Of a stretch of DNA of 64,000 nt, positions 25,001 through 43,000 are shown piece by piece. Under the pieces are notes generated by a model, which saw only the letters and a program-made list of their open reading frames with translations, searched no databases and was not told where the DNA came from. This stretch comes from Eledone cirrhosa. Lineage: Eukaryota. Made by a program: the position numbers and the translations under genes. Within the stretch, counting starts at the first letter, position 1. Every line of letters begins with the position of its first letter. Location: assembly GCA_964016885.1 (NCBI GenBank), contig OZ024741.1:384710001-384774000 (forward strand). Direction: 5' to 3'.

Positions 25001-28000
25001 CCACAGTATCAATGTATTGTCCATTACACTGACCACAGTAACAATGTATTGTCCACTACAGTGACCACAGTATCAATGTACTGACCACTACAGTGACCAC
25101 AGTATCAATGTATTGTCCATTACACTGACCACAGTATCAATGTATTGACCACTACAGTGACCACAGTATCAATGTATTGACCACTACAGTGACCACAGTA
25201 TCAATGTATTGACCACTACAGTGACCACAGTATCAATATATTGACCACTACAGTGACCACAGTATCAATGTATTGACCACTACAGTGACCACAGTATCAA
25301 TGTATTGTCCATTACACTGACCACAGTATCAATGTATTGACCACTACAGTGACCACAGTATCAATGTATTGTCCACTACACTGACCACAGTATCAATGTA
25401 TTTTCCACTACAGTGACCACAGTATCAATGTATTGACCACTACACTGACCACAGTATCAATGTATTGTCCACTACAGTGACCACAGTATCAATGTATTGT
25501 CCACTACACTGACCACAGTATCAATGTATTGTCCACTACACTGACCACAGTATCAATGTATTGTCCATTACACTGACCACAGTATCCATGTATTGTCCAC
25601 TACACTGACCACAGTATCAATGTATTGTCCACTACACTGACCACAGTATAAATGTATTGTCCATTACACTGACCACAGTATCAATGTATTGTCCATTACA
25701 CTGACCATAGTATCAATGTATTGTCCACTACACTGACCACAGTATCAATGTATTGTCCATTACACTGACCACAGTATCAATGTATTGTCCACTACACTGA
25801 CCACAGTATCAATGTATTGTCCACTACACTGACCACAGTATCAATGTATTGTCCATTACACTGACCACAGTATCAATGTATTGTCCACTACACTGACCAC
25901 TGTATCAATGTATTGTCCACTACACTGACCACAGTATCAATGTATTGTCCACTACAGTGACCACAGTATCAATGTTATGTCCACGACACTGACCACAGTA
26001 TCAATGTATTGTCCACTACACTGACCACAGTATCAATGTATTGTCCAATACACTGACCACAGTATCAATGTATTGTCCACTACACTGACCACAGTATCAA
26101 TGTATTGTCCACTACACTGACCACAGTATCAATGTATTGTCCACTACACTGACCACAGTATCAATGTATTGTCCACTACACTGACCACAGTATCAATGTA
26201 TTGTACACTACAGTGACCACAGTATCAATATATTGTCCACTACCCTGACCACAGTATCAATGTATTGTCCACTACAGTGACCACAGTATCAATGTATTGT
26301 CCATTACACTGACCACAGTATCAATGTATTGTCCACTACACTGACCACAGTATCAATGTATTGTCCACTACAGTGACCACAGTATCAATGTATTGTCCAC
26401 TACACTGACCACAGTATCAATGTATTGTCCATTACACTGACCACAGTATCAATGTATTGTCCACTACAGTGACCACAGTATCAATGTATTGTCCACTACA
26501 GTGACAACAGTATCAATGTATTGTCCACTACAGTGACCAGAGTATCAATATATTGTCCACTACAGTGACCACAGTATCAATGTGTTGACCACTACACTGA
26601 CCACAGTATCATTGTATTGTCCACTACACTGACCACAGTATCAATGTATTGTCCATTACACTGACCACAGTATCAATGTATTGACCACTACAGTGACCAC
26701 AGTATCAATGTATTGTCCACTACACTGACCACAGTATCAATGTATTTTCCACTACAGTGACCACAGTATCAATGTATTGACCACTACACTGACCACAGTA
26801 TCAATGTATTGTCCATTACACTGACCACAGTATCCATGTATTGTCCACTACACTGACCACAGTATCAATGTATTGTCCACTACACTGACCACAGTATCAA
26901 TGTATTGTCCATTACACTGACCACAGTATCAATGTATTGTCCATTACACTGACCACAGTATCAATGTATTGTCCAGTACACTGACCACAGTATCAATGTA
27001 TTGTCCATTACACTGACCACAGTATCAATGTATTGTCCACTACACTGACCACAGTATCAATGTATTGTCCACTACACTGACCACAATATCAATGTATTGT
27101 CCACTACACTGACCACAGTATCAATGTATTGTCCATTACACTGACCACAGTATCAATGTATTGTCCACTACACTGACCACTGTATCAATGTATTGTCCAC
27201 TACACTGACCACAGTATCAATGTATTGTCCACTACAGTGACCACAGTATCAATGTATTGTCCACTACACTGACCACAGTATCAATGTATTGTCCACTACA
27301 CTGACCACAGTATCAATGTATTGTCCAATACACTGACCACAGTATCAATGTATTGTCCACTACACTGACCACAGTATGAATGTATTGTCCACTACACTGA
27401 CCACAGTATCAATGTATTGTCCACTACACTGACCACAGTATCAATGTATTGTCCACTACACTGACCACAGTATCAATGTAATGTACACTACAGTGACCAC
27501 AGTATCAATATATTGTCCACTACACTGACCACAGTATCAATGTATTGTCCACTACAGTGACCACAGTATCAATGTATTGTCCATTACACTGACCACAGTA
27601 TCAATGTATTGTCCACTACACTGACCACAGTATCAATGTATTGTCCACTACACTGACCACAGTATCAATGTATTGTCCATTACACTGACCACAGTATCAA
27701 TGTATTGTCCACTACAGTGACCACAGTATCAATGTATTGTCCACTACAGTGACAACAGTATCAATGTATTGTCCACTACAGTGACCAGAGTATCAATATA
27801 TTGTCCACTACAGTGACCACAGTATCAATGTGTTGACCACTACACTGACCACAGTATCATTGTATTGTCCACTACACTGACCACAGTATCAATGTATTGT
27901 CCACTACAGTGACCACAGTATCAATGTATTGTCCACTACACTGACCACAGTATCAATGTATTGTCCACTACACTGACCACAATATCAATGTATTGTCCAC

Positions 28001-31000
28001 TACACTGACCACAGTATCAATGTATTGTCCATTACACTGACCACAGTATCAATGTATTGTCCACTACACTGACCACTGTATCAATGTATTGTCCACTACA
28101 CTGACCACAGTATCAATGTATTGTCCACTACAGTGACCACAGTATCAATGTATTGTCCACTACACTGACCACAGTATCAATGTATTGTCCACTACACTGA
28201 CCACAGTATCAATGTATTGTCCAATACACTGACCACAGTATCAATGTATTGTCCACTACACTGACCACAGTATGAATGTATTGTCCACTACACTGACCAC
28301 AGTATCAATGTATTGTCCACTACACTGACCACAGTATCAATGTATTGTCCACTACACTGACCACAGTATCAATGTAATGTACACTACAGTGACCACAGTA
28401 TCAATATATTGTCCACTACACTGACCACAGTATCAATGTATTGTCCACTACAGTGACCACAGTATCAATGTATTGTCCATTACACTGACCACAGTATCAA
28501 TGTATTGTCCACTACACTGACCACAGTATCAATGTATTGTCCACTACACTGACCACAGTATCAATGTATTGTCCATTACACTGACCACAGTATCAATGTA
28601 TTGTCCACTACAGTGACCACAGTATCAATGTATTGTCCACTACAGTGACAACAGTATCAATGTATTGTCCACTACAGTGACCAGAGTATCAATATATTGT
28701 CCACTACAGTGACCACAGTATCAATGTGTTGACCACTACACTGACCACAGTATCATTGTATTGTCCACTACACTGACCACAGTATCAATGTATTGTCCAC
28801 TACAGTGACCACAGTATCAATGTATTGTCCACTACACTGACCACAGTATCGATGTATTGACCACTACAGTGACCACAGTATCAATGTATTGACCACTACA
28901 GTGACCACAGTATCAATATATTGACCACTACAGTGACCACAGTATCAATGTATTGTCCACTACACTGACCACAGTATCAATGTATTGTCCACTACACTGA
29001 CCACAGTATCAATGTATTGTCCACTACACTGACCACAGTATCAATGTATTGTCCACTACACTGACCACAGTATCAATGTATTGTCCACTACACTGACCAC
29101 AATATCAATGTATTGTCCATTACACTGACCACAGTATCAATGTATTGTCCACTACACTGACCACAGTATCAATGTATTGTCCACTACACTGACCACAGTA
29201 TCAATGTATTGTCCACTACAGTGACCACAGTATCAATGTATTGTCCACTACACTGACCACAGTATCAATGTATTGTCCATTACACTGACCACAGTATCAA
29301 TGTATTGTCCACTACAGTGACCACAGTATCAATGTATTGTCCACTACACAGACCACAGTATCAATGTATTGTCCACTACACCGACCACAGTATCAATGTA
29401 TTGTCCACTACAGTGACCACAGTATCAATGTATTGTCCACTACAGTGACCACAGTATCAATGTATTGTCCACTACAGTGACCACAGTATCAATGTATTGA
29501 CCACTACAGTGACCACAGCATCAATGTATTGTCCACTACACAGACCACAGTATCAATGTATTGTCCACTACACTGACCACAGTATCTATATATTGACCAC
29601 TACAGTGACCACAGTATCAATGTATTGACCACTACACTGACCACAGTATCAATATATTGTCCACTACAGTGACCACAGTATCAATGTATTGTCCACTACA
29701 GTGACCACAGTATCAATGTATTGTCCACTACACTGACCACAGTATCAATGTATTGTCCACTACACTGACCACAGTATCTATATATTGACCACTACAGTGA
29801 CCACAGTATCAATGTATTGACCACTACACTGACCACAGTATCAATGTATTGTCCACTACACTGATCACAGTATCAATATATTGTCCACTACACTGACCAC
29901 AGTATCAATGTATTGACCACTACAGTGACCACAGTATCAATGTATTGTCCACTACACTGACCACAGTATCAATGTATTTTCCACTACAGTGACCACAGTA
30001 TCAATGTATTGACCACTACACTGACCACAGTATCAATGTATTGTCCACTACAGTGACCACAGTATCAATGTATTGTCCACTACACTGACCACAGTATCAA
30101 TGTATTGTCCACTACACTGACCACAGTATCAATGTATTGTCCATTACACAGACCACAGTATCCATGTATTGTCCACTACACTGACCACAGTATCAATGTA
30201 TTGTCCACTACACTGACCACATTATCAATGTATTGTCCATTACACTGACCACAGTATCAATGTATTGTCCATTACACTGACCACAGTATCAATGTATTGT
30301 CCACTACACTGACCACAGTATCAATGTATTGTCCATTACACTGACCACAGTATCAATGTATTGTCCACTACACTGACCACAGTATCAATGTATTGTCCAC
30401 TACACTGACCACAGTATCGATGTATTGTCCATTACACTGACCACAGTATCAATGTATTGTCCACTACACTGACCACTGTATCAATGTATTGTCCACTACA
30501 CTGACCACAGTATCAATGTATTGTCCACTACAGTGACCACAGTATCAATGTATTGTCCACTACACTGACCACAGTATCAATGTATTGTCCACTACACTGA
30601 CCACAGTATCAATGTATTGTCCAATACACTGACCACAGTATGAATGTATTGTCCACTACACTGACCACAGTATCAATGTATTGTCCACTACAGTGACCAC
30701 AGTATCAATGTATTGTCCACTACACAGACCACAGTATGAATGTATTGTCCACTACACTGACCACAGTATCAATGTATTGTCCACTACACTGACCACAGTA
30801 TCAATGTATTGTCCACTACACTGACCACAGTATCAATGTATTGTACACTACAGTGACCACAGTATCAATATATTGTCCACTACACTGACCACAGTATCAA
30901 TGTATTGTCCACTACAGTGACCACAGTATCAATGTATTGTCCACTACACTGACCACAGTATCAATGTATTGTACACTACAGTGACCACAGTATCAATATA

Positions 31001-34000
31001 TTGTCCACTACACTGACCACAGTATCAATGTATTGTCCACTACAGTGACCACAGTATCAATGTATCGTCCACTACACTGACCACAGTATCAATGTATTGT
31101 CCACTACAGTGACCACAGTATCAATGTATTGTCCACTACACTGACCACAGTATCAATGTATTGTCCACTACACAGACCACAGTATCAATGTATTGTCCAC
31201 TACACTGACCACAGTATCTATATATTGACCACTACAGTGACCACAGTATCAATGTATTGACCACTACACTGACCACAGTATCAATATATTGTCCACTACA
31301 GTGACCACAGTATCAATGTATTGTCCACTACAGTGACCACAGTATCAATGTATTGTCCACTACACTGACCACAGTATCAATGTATTGTCCACTACACTGA
31401 CCACAGTATCTATATATTGTCCACTACAGTGACCACAGTATCAATGTATTGTCCACTACACTGACCACAGTATCAATGTATTGTCCATTACACTGACCAC
31501 AGTATCAATGTATTGTCCACTACAGTGACCACAGTATCAATGTATTGTCCACTACAGTGACAACAGTATCAATGTATTGTCCACTACAGTGACCAGAGTA
31601 TCAATATATTGTCCACTACAGTGACCACAGTATCAATGTATTGACCACTACAGTGACCACAGTATCAATGTATTGTCCACTACACAGACCACAGTATCAA
31701 TGTATTGTCCACTACACTGACCACAGTATCTATATATTGACCACTACAGTGACCACAGTATCAATGTATTGACCACTACACTGACCACAGTATCAATATA
31801 TTGTCCACTACAGTGACCACAGTATCAATGTATTGTCCACTACAGTGACCACAGTATCAATGTATTGTCCACTACACTGACCACAGTATCAATGTATTGT
31901 CCACTACACTGACCACAGTATCTATATATTGACCACTACAGTGACCACAGTATCAATGTATTGACCATTACACTGACCACAGTATCAATGTATTGTCCAC
32001 TACAGTGACCACAGTATCAATGTATTGTCCACTACAGTGACAACAGTATCAATGTATTGTCCACTACAGTGACCAGAGTATCAATATATTGTCCACTACA
32101 GTGACCACAGTATCAATGTGTTGACCACTACACTGACCACAGTATCAATGTATTGACCACTACAGTGACCCCAATATCAATGTATTGTCCACTACACAGA
32201 CCACAGTATCAATGTATTGTCCACTACACTGACCACAGTATCTATATATTGACCACTACAGTGACCACAGTATCAATGTATTGACCACTACACTGACCAC
32301 AGTATCAATATATTGTCCACTACAGTGACCACAGTATCAATGTATTGTCCACTACAGTGACCACAGTATCAATGTATTGTCCACTACACTGACCACAGTA
32401 TCAATGTATTGTCCACTACACTGACCACAGTATCTATATATTGACCACTACAGTGACCACAGTATCAATGTATTGACCATTACACTGACCACAGTATCAA
32501 TGTATTGTCCACTACAGTGACCACAGTATCAATGTATTGTCCACTACAGTGACAACAGTATCAATGTATTGTCCACTACAGTGACCACAGTATCAATGTG
32601 TTGACCACTACACTGACCACAGTATCATTGTATTGTCCACTACACTGACCACAGTATCAATGTATTGTCCATTACACTGACCACAGTATCAATGTATTGA
32701 CCACTACAGTGACCACAGTATCAATGTATTGTCCACTACACTGACCACAGTATCAATGTATTTTCCACTACAGTGACCACAGTATCAATGTATTGACCAC
32801 TACACTGACCACAGTATCAATGTATTGTCCACTACAGTGACCACAGTATCAATGTATTGTCCACTACACTGACCACAGTATCAATGTATTGTCCACTACA
32901 CTGACCACAGTATCAATGTATTGTCCATTACACTGACCACAGTATCCATGTATTGTCCACTACACTGACCACAGTATCAATGTATTGTCCACTACACTGA
33001 CCACAGTATCAATGTATTGTCCATTACACTGACCACTGTATCAATGTATTGTCCACTACACTGACCACAGTATCAATGTATTGTCCACTACAGTGACCAC
33101 AGTATCAATGTATTGTCCACTACAGTGACCACAGTATCAATGTATTGTCCACTACAGTGACCACAGTATCAATGTATTGACCACTACAGTGACCACAGCA
33201 TCAATGTATTGTCCATTACACTGACCACAGTATCCATGTATTGTCCACTACACTGACCACAGTATCAATATATTGTCCACTACAGTGACCACAGTATCAA
33301 GGTATTGTCCACTACAGTGACCACAGTATCAATGTATTGTCCACTACACTGACCACAGTATCAATGTATTGTCCACTACACTGACCACAGTATCTATATA
33401 TTGACCACTACAGTGACCACAGTATCAATGTATTGACCATTACACTGACCACAGTATCAATGTATTGTCCACTACAGTGACCACAGTATCAATGTATTGT
33501 CCACTACAGTGACAACAGTATCAATGTATTGTCCACTACAGTGACCAGAGTATCAATATATTGTCCACTACAGTGACCACAGTATCAATGTGTTGACCAC
33601 TACACTGACCACAGTATCATTGTATTGTCCACTACACTGACCACAGTATCAATGTATTGTCCATTACACTGACCACAGTATCAATGTATTGTCCACTACA
33701 CTGACCACTGTATCAATGTATTGTCCACTACACTGACCACAGTATCAATGTATTGTCCACTACAGTGACCACAGTATCAATGTATTGTCCACTACACTGA
33801 CCACAGTATCAATGTATTGTCCACTACACTGACCACAGTATCAATGTATTGTCCAATACACTGACCACAGTATCAATGTATTGTCCACTACAGTGACCAC
33901 AGTATGAATGTATTGTCCACTACACTGACCACAGTATCAATGTATTGTCCACTACACTGACCACAGTATCAATGTATTGTCCACTACACTGACCACAGTA

Positions 34001-37000
34001 TCAATGTATTGTCCAATACACTGACCACAGTATCAATGTATTGTCCACTACACTGACCACAGTATGAATGTATTGTCCACTACACTGACCACAGTATCAA
34101 TGTATTGTCCACTACACTGACCACAGTATCAATGTATTGTCCACTACACTGACCACAGTATCAATGTAATGTACACTACAGTGACCACAGTATCAATATA
34201 TTGTCCACTACACTGACCACAGTATCAATGTATTGTCCACTACAGTGACCACAGTATCAATGTATTGTCCATTACACTGACCACAGTATCAATGTATTGT
34301 CCACTACACTGACCACAGTATCAATGTATTGTCCACTACAGTGACCACAGTATCAATGTATTGTCCACTACACTGACCACAGTATCAATGTATTGTCCAT
34401 TACACTGACCACAGTATCAATGTATTGTCCACTACAGTGACCACAGTATCAATGTATTGTCCACTACAGTGACAACAGTATTAATGTATTGTCCACTACA
34501 GTGACCAGAGTATCAATATATTGTCCACTACAGTGACCACAGTATCAATGTGTTGACCACTACACTGACCACAGTATCATTGTATTGTCCACTACACTGA
34601 CCACAGTATCAATGTATTGTCCACTACAGTGACCACAGTATCAATGTATTGTCCACTACACTGACCACAGTATCGATGTATTGACCACTACAGTGACCAC
34701 AGTATCAATGTATTGACCACTACAGTGACCACAGTATCAATATATTGACCACTACAGTGACCACAGTATCAATGTATTGTCCACTACACTGACCACAGTA
34801 TCAATGTATTTTCCACTACAATGACCACAGTATCAATGTATTGACCACTACACTGACCACAGTATCAATGTATTGTCCACTACAGTGACCACAGTATCAA
34901 TGTATTGTCCACTACACTGACCTCAGTATCAATGTATTGTCCACTACACTGACCACAGTATCAATGTATTGTCCACTACACTGACCACAATATCAATGTA
35001 TTGTCCACTACACTGACCACAATATCAATGTATTGTCCATTACACTGACCACAGTATCAATGTATTGTCCACTACACTGACCACAGTATCAATGTATTGT
35101 CCACTACACTGACCACAGTATCAATGTATTGTCCACTACAGTGACCACAGTATCAATGTATTGTCCACTACACTGACCACAGTATCAATGTATTGTCCAT
35201 TACACTGACCACAGTATCAATGTATTGTCCACTACAGTGACCACAGTATCAATGTATTGTCCACTACACAGACCACAGTATCAATGTATTGTCCACTACA
35301 CCGACCACAGTATCAATGTATTGTCCACTACAGTGACCACAGTATCAATGTATTGTCCACTACAGTGACCACAGTATCAATGTATTGTCCACTACAGTGA
35401 CCACAGTATCAATGTATTGACCACTACAGTGACCACAGCATCAATGTATTGTCCACTACACAGACCACAGTATCAATGTATTGTCCACTACACTGACCAC
35501 AGTATCTATATATTGACCACTACAGTGACCACAGTATCAATGTATTGACCACTACACTGACCACAGTATCAATATATTGTCCACTACAGTGACCACAGTA
35601 TCAATGTATTGTCCACTACACTGACCACAGTATCAATGTATTTTCCACTACAGTGACCACAGTATCAATGTATTGACCACTACATTGACCACAGTATCAA
35701 TGTATTGTCCACTACAGTGACCACAGTATCAATGTATTGTCCACTACACTGACCACAGTATCAATGTATTGTCCACTACACTGACCACAGTATCAATGTA
35801 TTGTCCACTACACTGACCACAGTATCAATGTATTGTCCACTACACTGACCACAATATCAATGTATTGTCCATTACACTGACCACAGTATCAATGTATTGT
35901 CCACTACACTGACCACAGTATCAATGTATTGTCCACTACACTGACCACAGTATCAATGTATTGTCCACTACAGTGACCACAGTATCAATGTATTGTCCAC
36001 TACACTGACCACAGTATCAATGTATTGTCCATTACACTGACCACAGTATCAATGTATTGTCCACTACAGTGACCACAGTATCAATGTATTGTCCACTACA
36101 CAGACCACAGTATCAATGTATTGTCCACTACACCGACCACAGTATCAATGTATTGTCCACTACAGTGACCACAGTATCAATGTATTGTCCACTACAGTGA
36201 CCACAGTATCAATGTATTGTCCACTACAGTGACCACAGTATCAATGTATTGACCACTACAGTGACCACAGCATCAATGTATTGTCCACTACACAGACCAC
36301 AGTATCAATGTATTGTCCACTACACTGACCACAGTATCTATATATTGACCACTACAGTGACCACAGTATCAATGTATTGACCACTACACTGACCACAGTA
36401 TCAATATATTGTCCACTACAGTGACCACAGTATCAATGTATTGTCCACTACAGTGACCACAGTATCAATGTATTGTACACTACACTGACCACAGTATCAA
36501 TGTATTGTCCACTACACTGACCACAGTATCTATATATTGACCACTACAGTGACCACAGTATCAATGTATTGACCACTACACTGACCACAGTATCAATGTA
36601 TTGTCCACTACACTGATCACAGTATCAATATATTGTCCACTACACTGACCACAGTATCAATGTATTGACCACTACAGTGACCACAGTATCAATGTATTGT
36701 CGACTACACTGACCACAGTATCAATGTATTTTCCACTACAGTGACCACAGTATCAATGTATTGACCACTACACTGACCACAGTATCAATGTATTGTCCAC
36801 TACAGTGACCACAGTATCAATGTATTGTCCACTACACTGACCACAGTATCAATGTATTGTCCACTACACTGACCACAGTATCAATGTATTGTCCATTACA
36901 CTGACCACAGTATCCATGTATTGTCCACTACACTGACCACAGTATCAATGTATTGTCCACTACACTGACCACAGTATCAATGTATTGTCCATTACACTGA

Positions 37001-40000
37001 CCACAGTATCAATGTATTGTCCATTACACTGACCACAGTATCAATGTATTGTCCACTACACTGACCACAGTATCAATGTATTGTCCATTACACTGACCAC
37101 AGTATCAATGTATTGTCCACTACACTGACCACAGTATCAATGTATTGTCCACTACACTGACCACAGTATCGATGTATTGTCCATTACACTGACCACAGTA
37201 TCAATGTATTGTCCATTACACTGACCACAGTATCCATGTATTGTCCACTACACTGACCACAGTATCAATGTATTGTCCACTACACTGACCACAGTATCAA
37301 TGTATTGTCCACTACACTGACCACAGTATCAATGTATTGTCCACTACACTGACCACAGTATCAATGTATTGTCCATTACACTGACCACAGTATCCATGTA
37401 TTGTCCACTACACTGACCACAGTATCAATGTATTGTCCACTACACTGACCACAGTATCAATGTATTGTCCATTACACTGACCACAGTATCCATGTATTGT
37501 CCACTACACTGACCACAGTATCAATGTATTGTCCATTACACTGACCACAGTATCCATGTATTGTCCATTACACTGACAACAGTATCAATGTATTGTCCAC
37601 TACACTGACCACAGTATCAATGTATTGTCCACTACACTGACCACAGTATCAATGTATTGTCCACTACACTGACCACAGTATCAATGTATTGTCCATTACA
37701 CTGACCACAGTATCCATGTATTGTCCACTACACTGACCACAGTATCAATGTATTGTCCACTACACTGACCACAGTATCAATGTATTGTCCATTACACTGA
37801 CCACAGTATCAATGTATTGTCCATTACACTGACCACAGTATCAATGTATTGTCCACTACACTGACCACAATATCAATGTATTGTCCATTACACTGACCAC
37901 AGTATCAATGTATTGTCCACTACACTGACCACAGTATCAATGTATTGTCCACTACACTGACCACAGTATCGATGTATTGTCCATTACACTGACCACAGTA
38001 TCAATGTATTGTCCACTACACTGACCACTGTATCAATGTATTGTCCACTACACTGACCACAGTATCAATGTATTGTCCACTACAGTGACCACAGTATCAA
38101 TGTATTGTCCACTACACTGACCACAGTATCGATGTATTGTCCACTACACTGACCACAGTATCAATGTATTGTCCACTACACTGACCACTGTATCAATGTA
38201 TTGTCCACTACACTGACCACAGTATCAATGTATTGTCCACTACACTGACCACAGTATCAATGTATTGTCCAATACACTGACCACAGTATCAATGTATTGT
38301 CCACTACACTGACCACAGTATGAATGTATTGTCCACTACACTGACCACAGTATCAATGTATTGTCCACTACACTGACCACAGTATCAATGTATTGTACAC
38401 TACAGTGACCACAGTATCAATATATTGTCCACTACACTGACCACAGTATCAATGTATTGTCCACTACAGTGACCACAGTATCAATGTATTGTCCATTACA
38501 CTGACCACAGTATCAATGTATTGTCCACTACACTGACCACAGTATCAATGTATTGTCCACTACAGTGACCACAGTATCAATGTATTGTCCACTACACTGA
38601 CCACAGTATCAATGTATTGTCCACTACACAGACCACAGTATCAATGTATTGTCCACTACACTGACCACAGTATCTCTATATTGACCACTACAGTGACCAC
38701 AGTATCAATGTATTGACCACTACACTGACCACAGTATCAATATATTGTCCACTACAATGACCACAGTATCAATGTATTGTCCACTACAGTGACCACAGTA
38801 TCAATGTATTGTCCACTACACTGACCACAGTATCAATGTATTGTCCACTACACTGACCACACTATCTATATATTGTCCACTACAGTGACCACAGTATCAA
38901 TGTATTGTCCACTACACTGACCACAGTATCAATGTATTGTCCATTACACTGACCACAGTATCAATGTATTGTCCACTACAGTGACCACAGTATCAATGTA
39001 TTGTCCACTACAGTGACAACAGTATCAATGTATTGTCCACTACAGTGACCAGAGTATCAATATATTGTCCACTACAGTGACCACAGTATCAATGTATTGG
39101 CCACTACAGTGACCACAGTATCAATGTATTGTCCACTACACAGACCACAGTATCAATGTATTGTCCACTACACTGACCACAGCATCTATATATTGACCAC
39201 TACAGTGACCACAGTATCAATGTATTGACCACTACACTGACCAATGTATCAATATATTGTCCACTACAGTGACCACAGTATCAATGTATTGTCCACTACA
39301 GTGACCACAGTATCAATGTATTGTCCACTACACTGACCAGAGTATCAATATATTGTCCACTACAGTGACCACAGTATCAATGTATTGACCACTACAGTGA
39401 CCCCAGTATCAATGTATTGTCCACTACACAGACCACAGTATCAATGTATTGTCCACTACACTGACCACAGTATCTATATATTGACCACTACAGTGACCAC
39501 AGTATCAATGTATTGACCACTACACTGACCACAGTATCAATATATTGTCCACTACAGTGACCACAGTATCAATGTATTGTCCACTACAGTGACCACAGTA
39601 TCAATGTATTGTCCACTACACTGACCACAGTATCAATGTATTGTCCACTACACTGACCACAGTATCTATATATTGACCACTACAGTGACCACAGTATCAA
39701 TGTATTGACCACTACACTGACCACAGTATCAATGTATTGTCCACTACACTGATCACAGTATCAATATATTGTCCACTACACTGACCACAGTATCAATGTA
39801 TTGACCACTACACTGACCACAGTATCAATATATTGTCCACTACAGTGACCACAGTATCAATATATTGACCACTACACTGACCACAGTATCAATGTATTGT
39901 CCACTACAGTGACCACAGTATCAATGTATTGTCCATTACACTGACCACAGTATCTATATATTGACCACTACACTGACCACAGTATCAATATATTGTCCAC

Positions 40001-43000
40001 TACAGTGACCACAGTATCAATGTATTGTCCATTACACTGACCACAGTATCTATATATTGACCACTACATTGACCACAGTATCAATATATTGTCCACTACA
40101 CTGACCACAGTATCGATGTATTGTCCATTACACTGACCACAGTATCAATGTATTGTCCATTACACTGACCACAGTATCCATGTATTGTCCACTACACTGA
40201 CCACAGTATCAATGTATTGTCCACTACACTGACCACAGTATCAATGTATTGTCCACTACACTGACCACAGTATCAATGTATTGTCCACTACACTGACCAC
40301 AGTATCAATGTATTGTCCATTACACTGACCACAGTATCAATGTATTGTCCACTACACTGACCACAGTATCAATGTATTGTCCATTACACTGACCACAGTA
40401 TCCATGTATTGTCCATTACACTGACCACAGTATCAATGTATTGTCCACTACACTGACCACAGTATCAATGTATTGTCCACTACACTGACCACAGTATCAA
40501 TGTATTGTCCACTACACTGACCACAGTATCAATGTATTGTCCATTACACTGACCACAGTATCCATGTATTGTCCACTACACTGACCACAGTATCAATGTA
40601 TTGTCCACTACACTGACCACAGTATCAATGTATTGTCCATTACACTGACCACAGTATCAATGTATTGTCCATTACACTGACCACAGTATCAATGTATTGT
40701 CCACTACACTGACCACAATATCAATGTATTGTCCATTACACTGACCACAGTATCAATGTATTGTCCACTACACTGACCACAGTATCAATGTATTGTCCAC
40801 TACACTGACCACAGTATCGATGTATTGTCCATTACACTGACCACAGTATCAATGTATTGTCCACTACACTGACCACTGTATCAATGTATTGTCCACTACA
40901 CTGACCACAGTATCAATGTATTGTCCACTACAGTGACCACAGTATCAATGTATTGTCCACTACACTGACCACAGTATCGATGTATTGTCCACTACACTGA
41001 CCACAGTATCAATGTATTGTCCACTACACTGACCACTGTATCAATGTATTGTCCACTACACTGACCACAGTATCAATGTATTGTCCACTACACTGACCAC
41101 AGTATCAATGTATTGTCCAATACACTGACCACAGTATCAATGTATTGTCCACTACACTGACCACAGTATGAATGTATTGTCCACTACACTGACCACAGTA
41201 TCAATGTATTGTCCACTACACTGACCACAGTATCAATGTATTGTACACTACAGTGACCACAGTATCAATATATTGTCCACTACACTGACCACAGTATCAA
41301 TGTATTGTCCACTACAGTGACCACAGTATCAATGTATTGTCCATTACACTGACCACAGTATCAATGTATTGTCCACTACACTGACCACAGTATCAATGTA
41401 TTGTCCACTACAGTGACCACAGTATCAATGTATTGTCCACTACACTGACCACAGTATCAATGTATTGTCCACTACACAGACCACAGTATCAATGTATTGT
41501 CCACTACACTGACCACAGTATCTCTATATTGACCACTACAGTGACCACAGTATCAATGTATTGACCACTACACTGACCACAGTATCAATATATTGTCCAC
41601 TACAATGACCACAGTATCAATGTATTGTCCACTACAGTGACCACAGTATCAATGTATTGTCCACTACACTGACCACAGTATCAATGTATTGTCCACTACA
41701 CTGACCACACTATCTATATATTGTCCACTACAGTGACCACAGTATCAATGTATTGTCCACTACACTGACCACAGTATCAATGTATTGTCCATTACACTGA
41801 CCACAGTATCAATGTATTGTCCACTACAGTGACCACAGTATCAATGTATTGTCCACTACAGTGACAACAGTATCAATGTATTGTCCACTACAGTGACCAG
41901 AGTATCAATATATTGTCCACTACAGTGACCACAGTATCAATGTATTGGCCACTACAGTGACCACAGTATCAATGTATTGTCCACTACACAGACCACAGTA
42001 TCAATGTATTGTCCACTACACTGACCACAGTATCTATATATTGACCACTACAGTGACCACAGTATCAATGTATTGACCACTACACTGACCAATGTATCAA
42101 TATATTGTCCACTACAGTGACCACAGTATCAATGTATTGTCCACTACAGTGACCACAGTATCAATGTATTGTCCACTACACTGACCAGAGTATCAATATA
42201 TTGTCCACTACAGTGACCACAGTATCAATGTATTGACCACTACAGTGACCCCAGTATCAATGTATTGTCCACTACACAGACCACAGTATCAATGTATTGT
42301 CCACTACACTGACCACAGTATCTATATATTGACCACTACAGTGACCACAGTATCAATGTATTGACCACTACACTGACCACAGTATCAATATATTGTCCAC
42401 TACAGTGACCACAGTATCAATGTATTGTCCACTACAGTGACCACAGTATCAATGTATTGTCCACTACACTGACCACAGTATCAATGTATTGTCCACTACA
42501 CTGACCACAGTATCTATATATTGACCACTACAGTGACCACAGTATCAATGTATTGACCACTACACTGACCACAGTATCAATGTATTGTCCACTACACTGA
42601 TCACAGTATCAATATATTGTCCACTACACTGACCACAGTATCAATGTATTGACCACTACACTGACCACAGTATCAATATATTGTCCACTACAGTGACCAC
42701 AGTATCAATATATTGACCACTACACTGACCACAGTATCAATGTATTGTCCACTACAGTGACCACAGTATCAATGTATTGTCCATTACACTGACCACAGTA
42801 TCTATATATTGACCACTACACTGACCACAGTATCAATATATTGTCCACTACAGTGACCACAGTATCAATGTATTGTCCATTACACTGACCACAGTATCTA
42901 TATATTGACCACTACATTGACCACAGTATCAATGTGTTGTCCACTACACTGACCAAAGTATCAATGTATTGTCCACTACAGTGACCACAGTATCAATGTA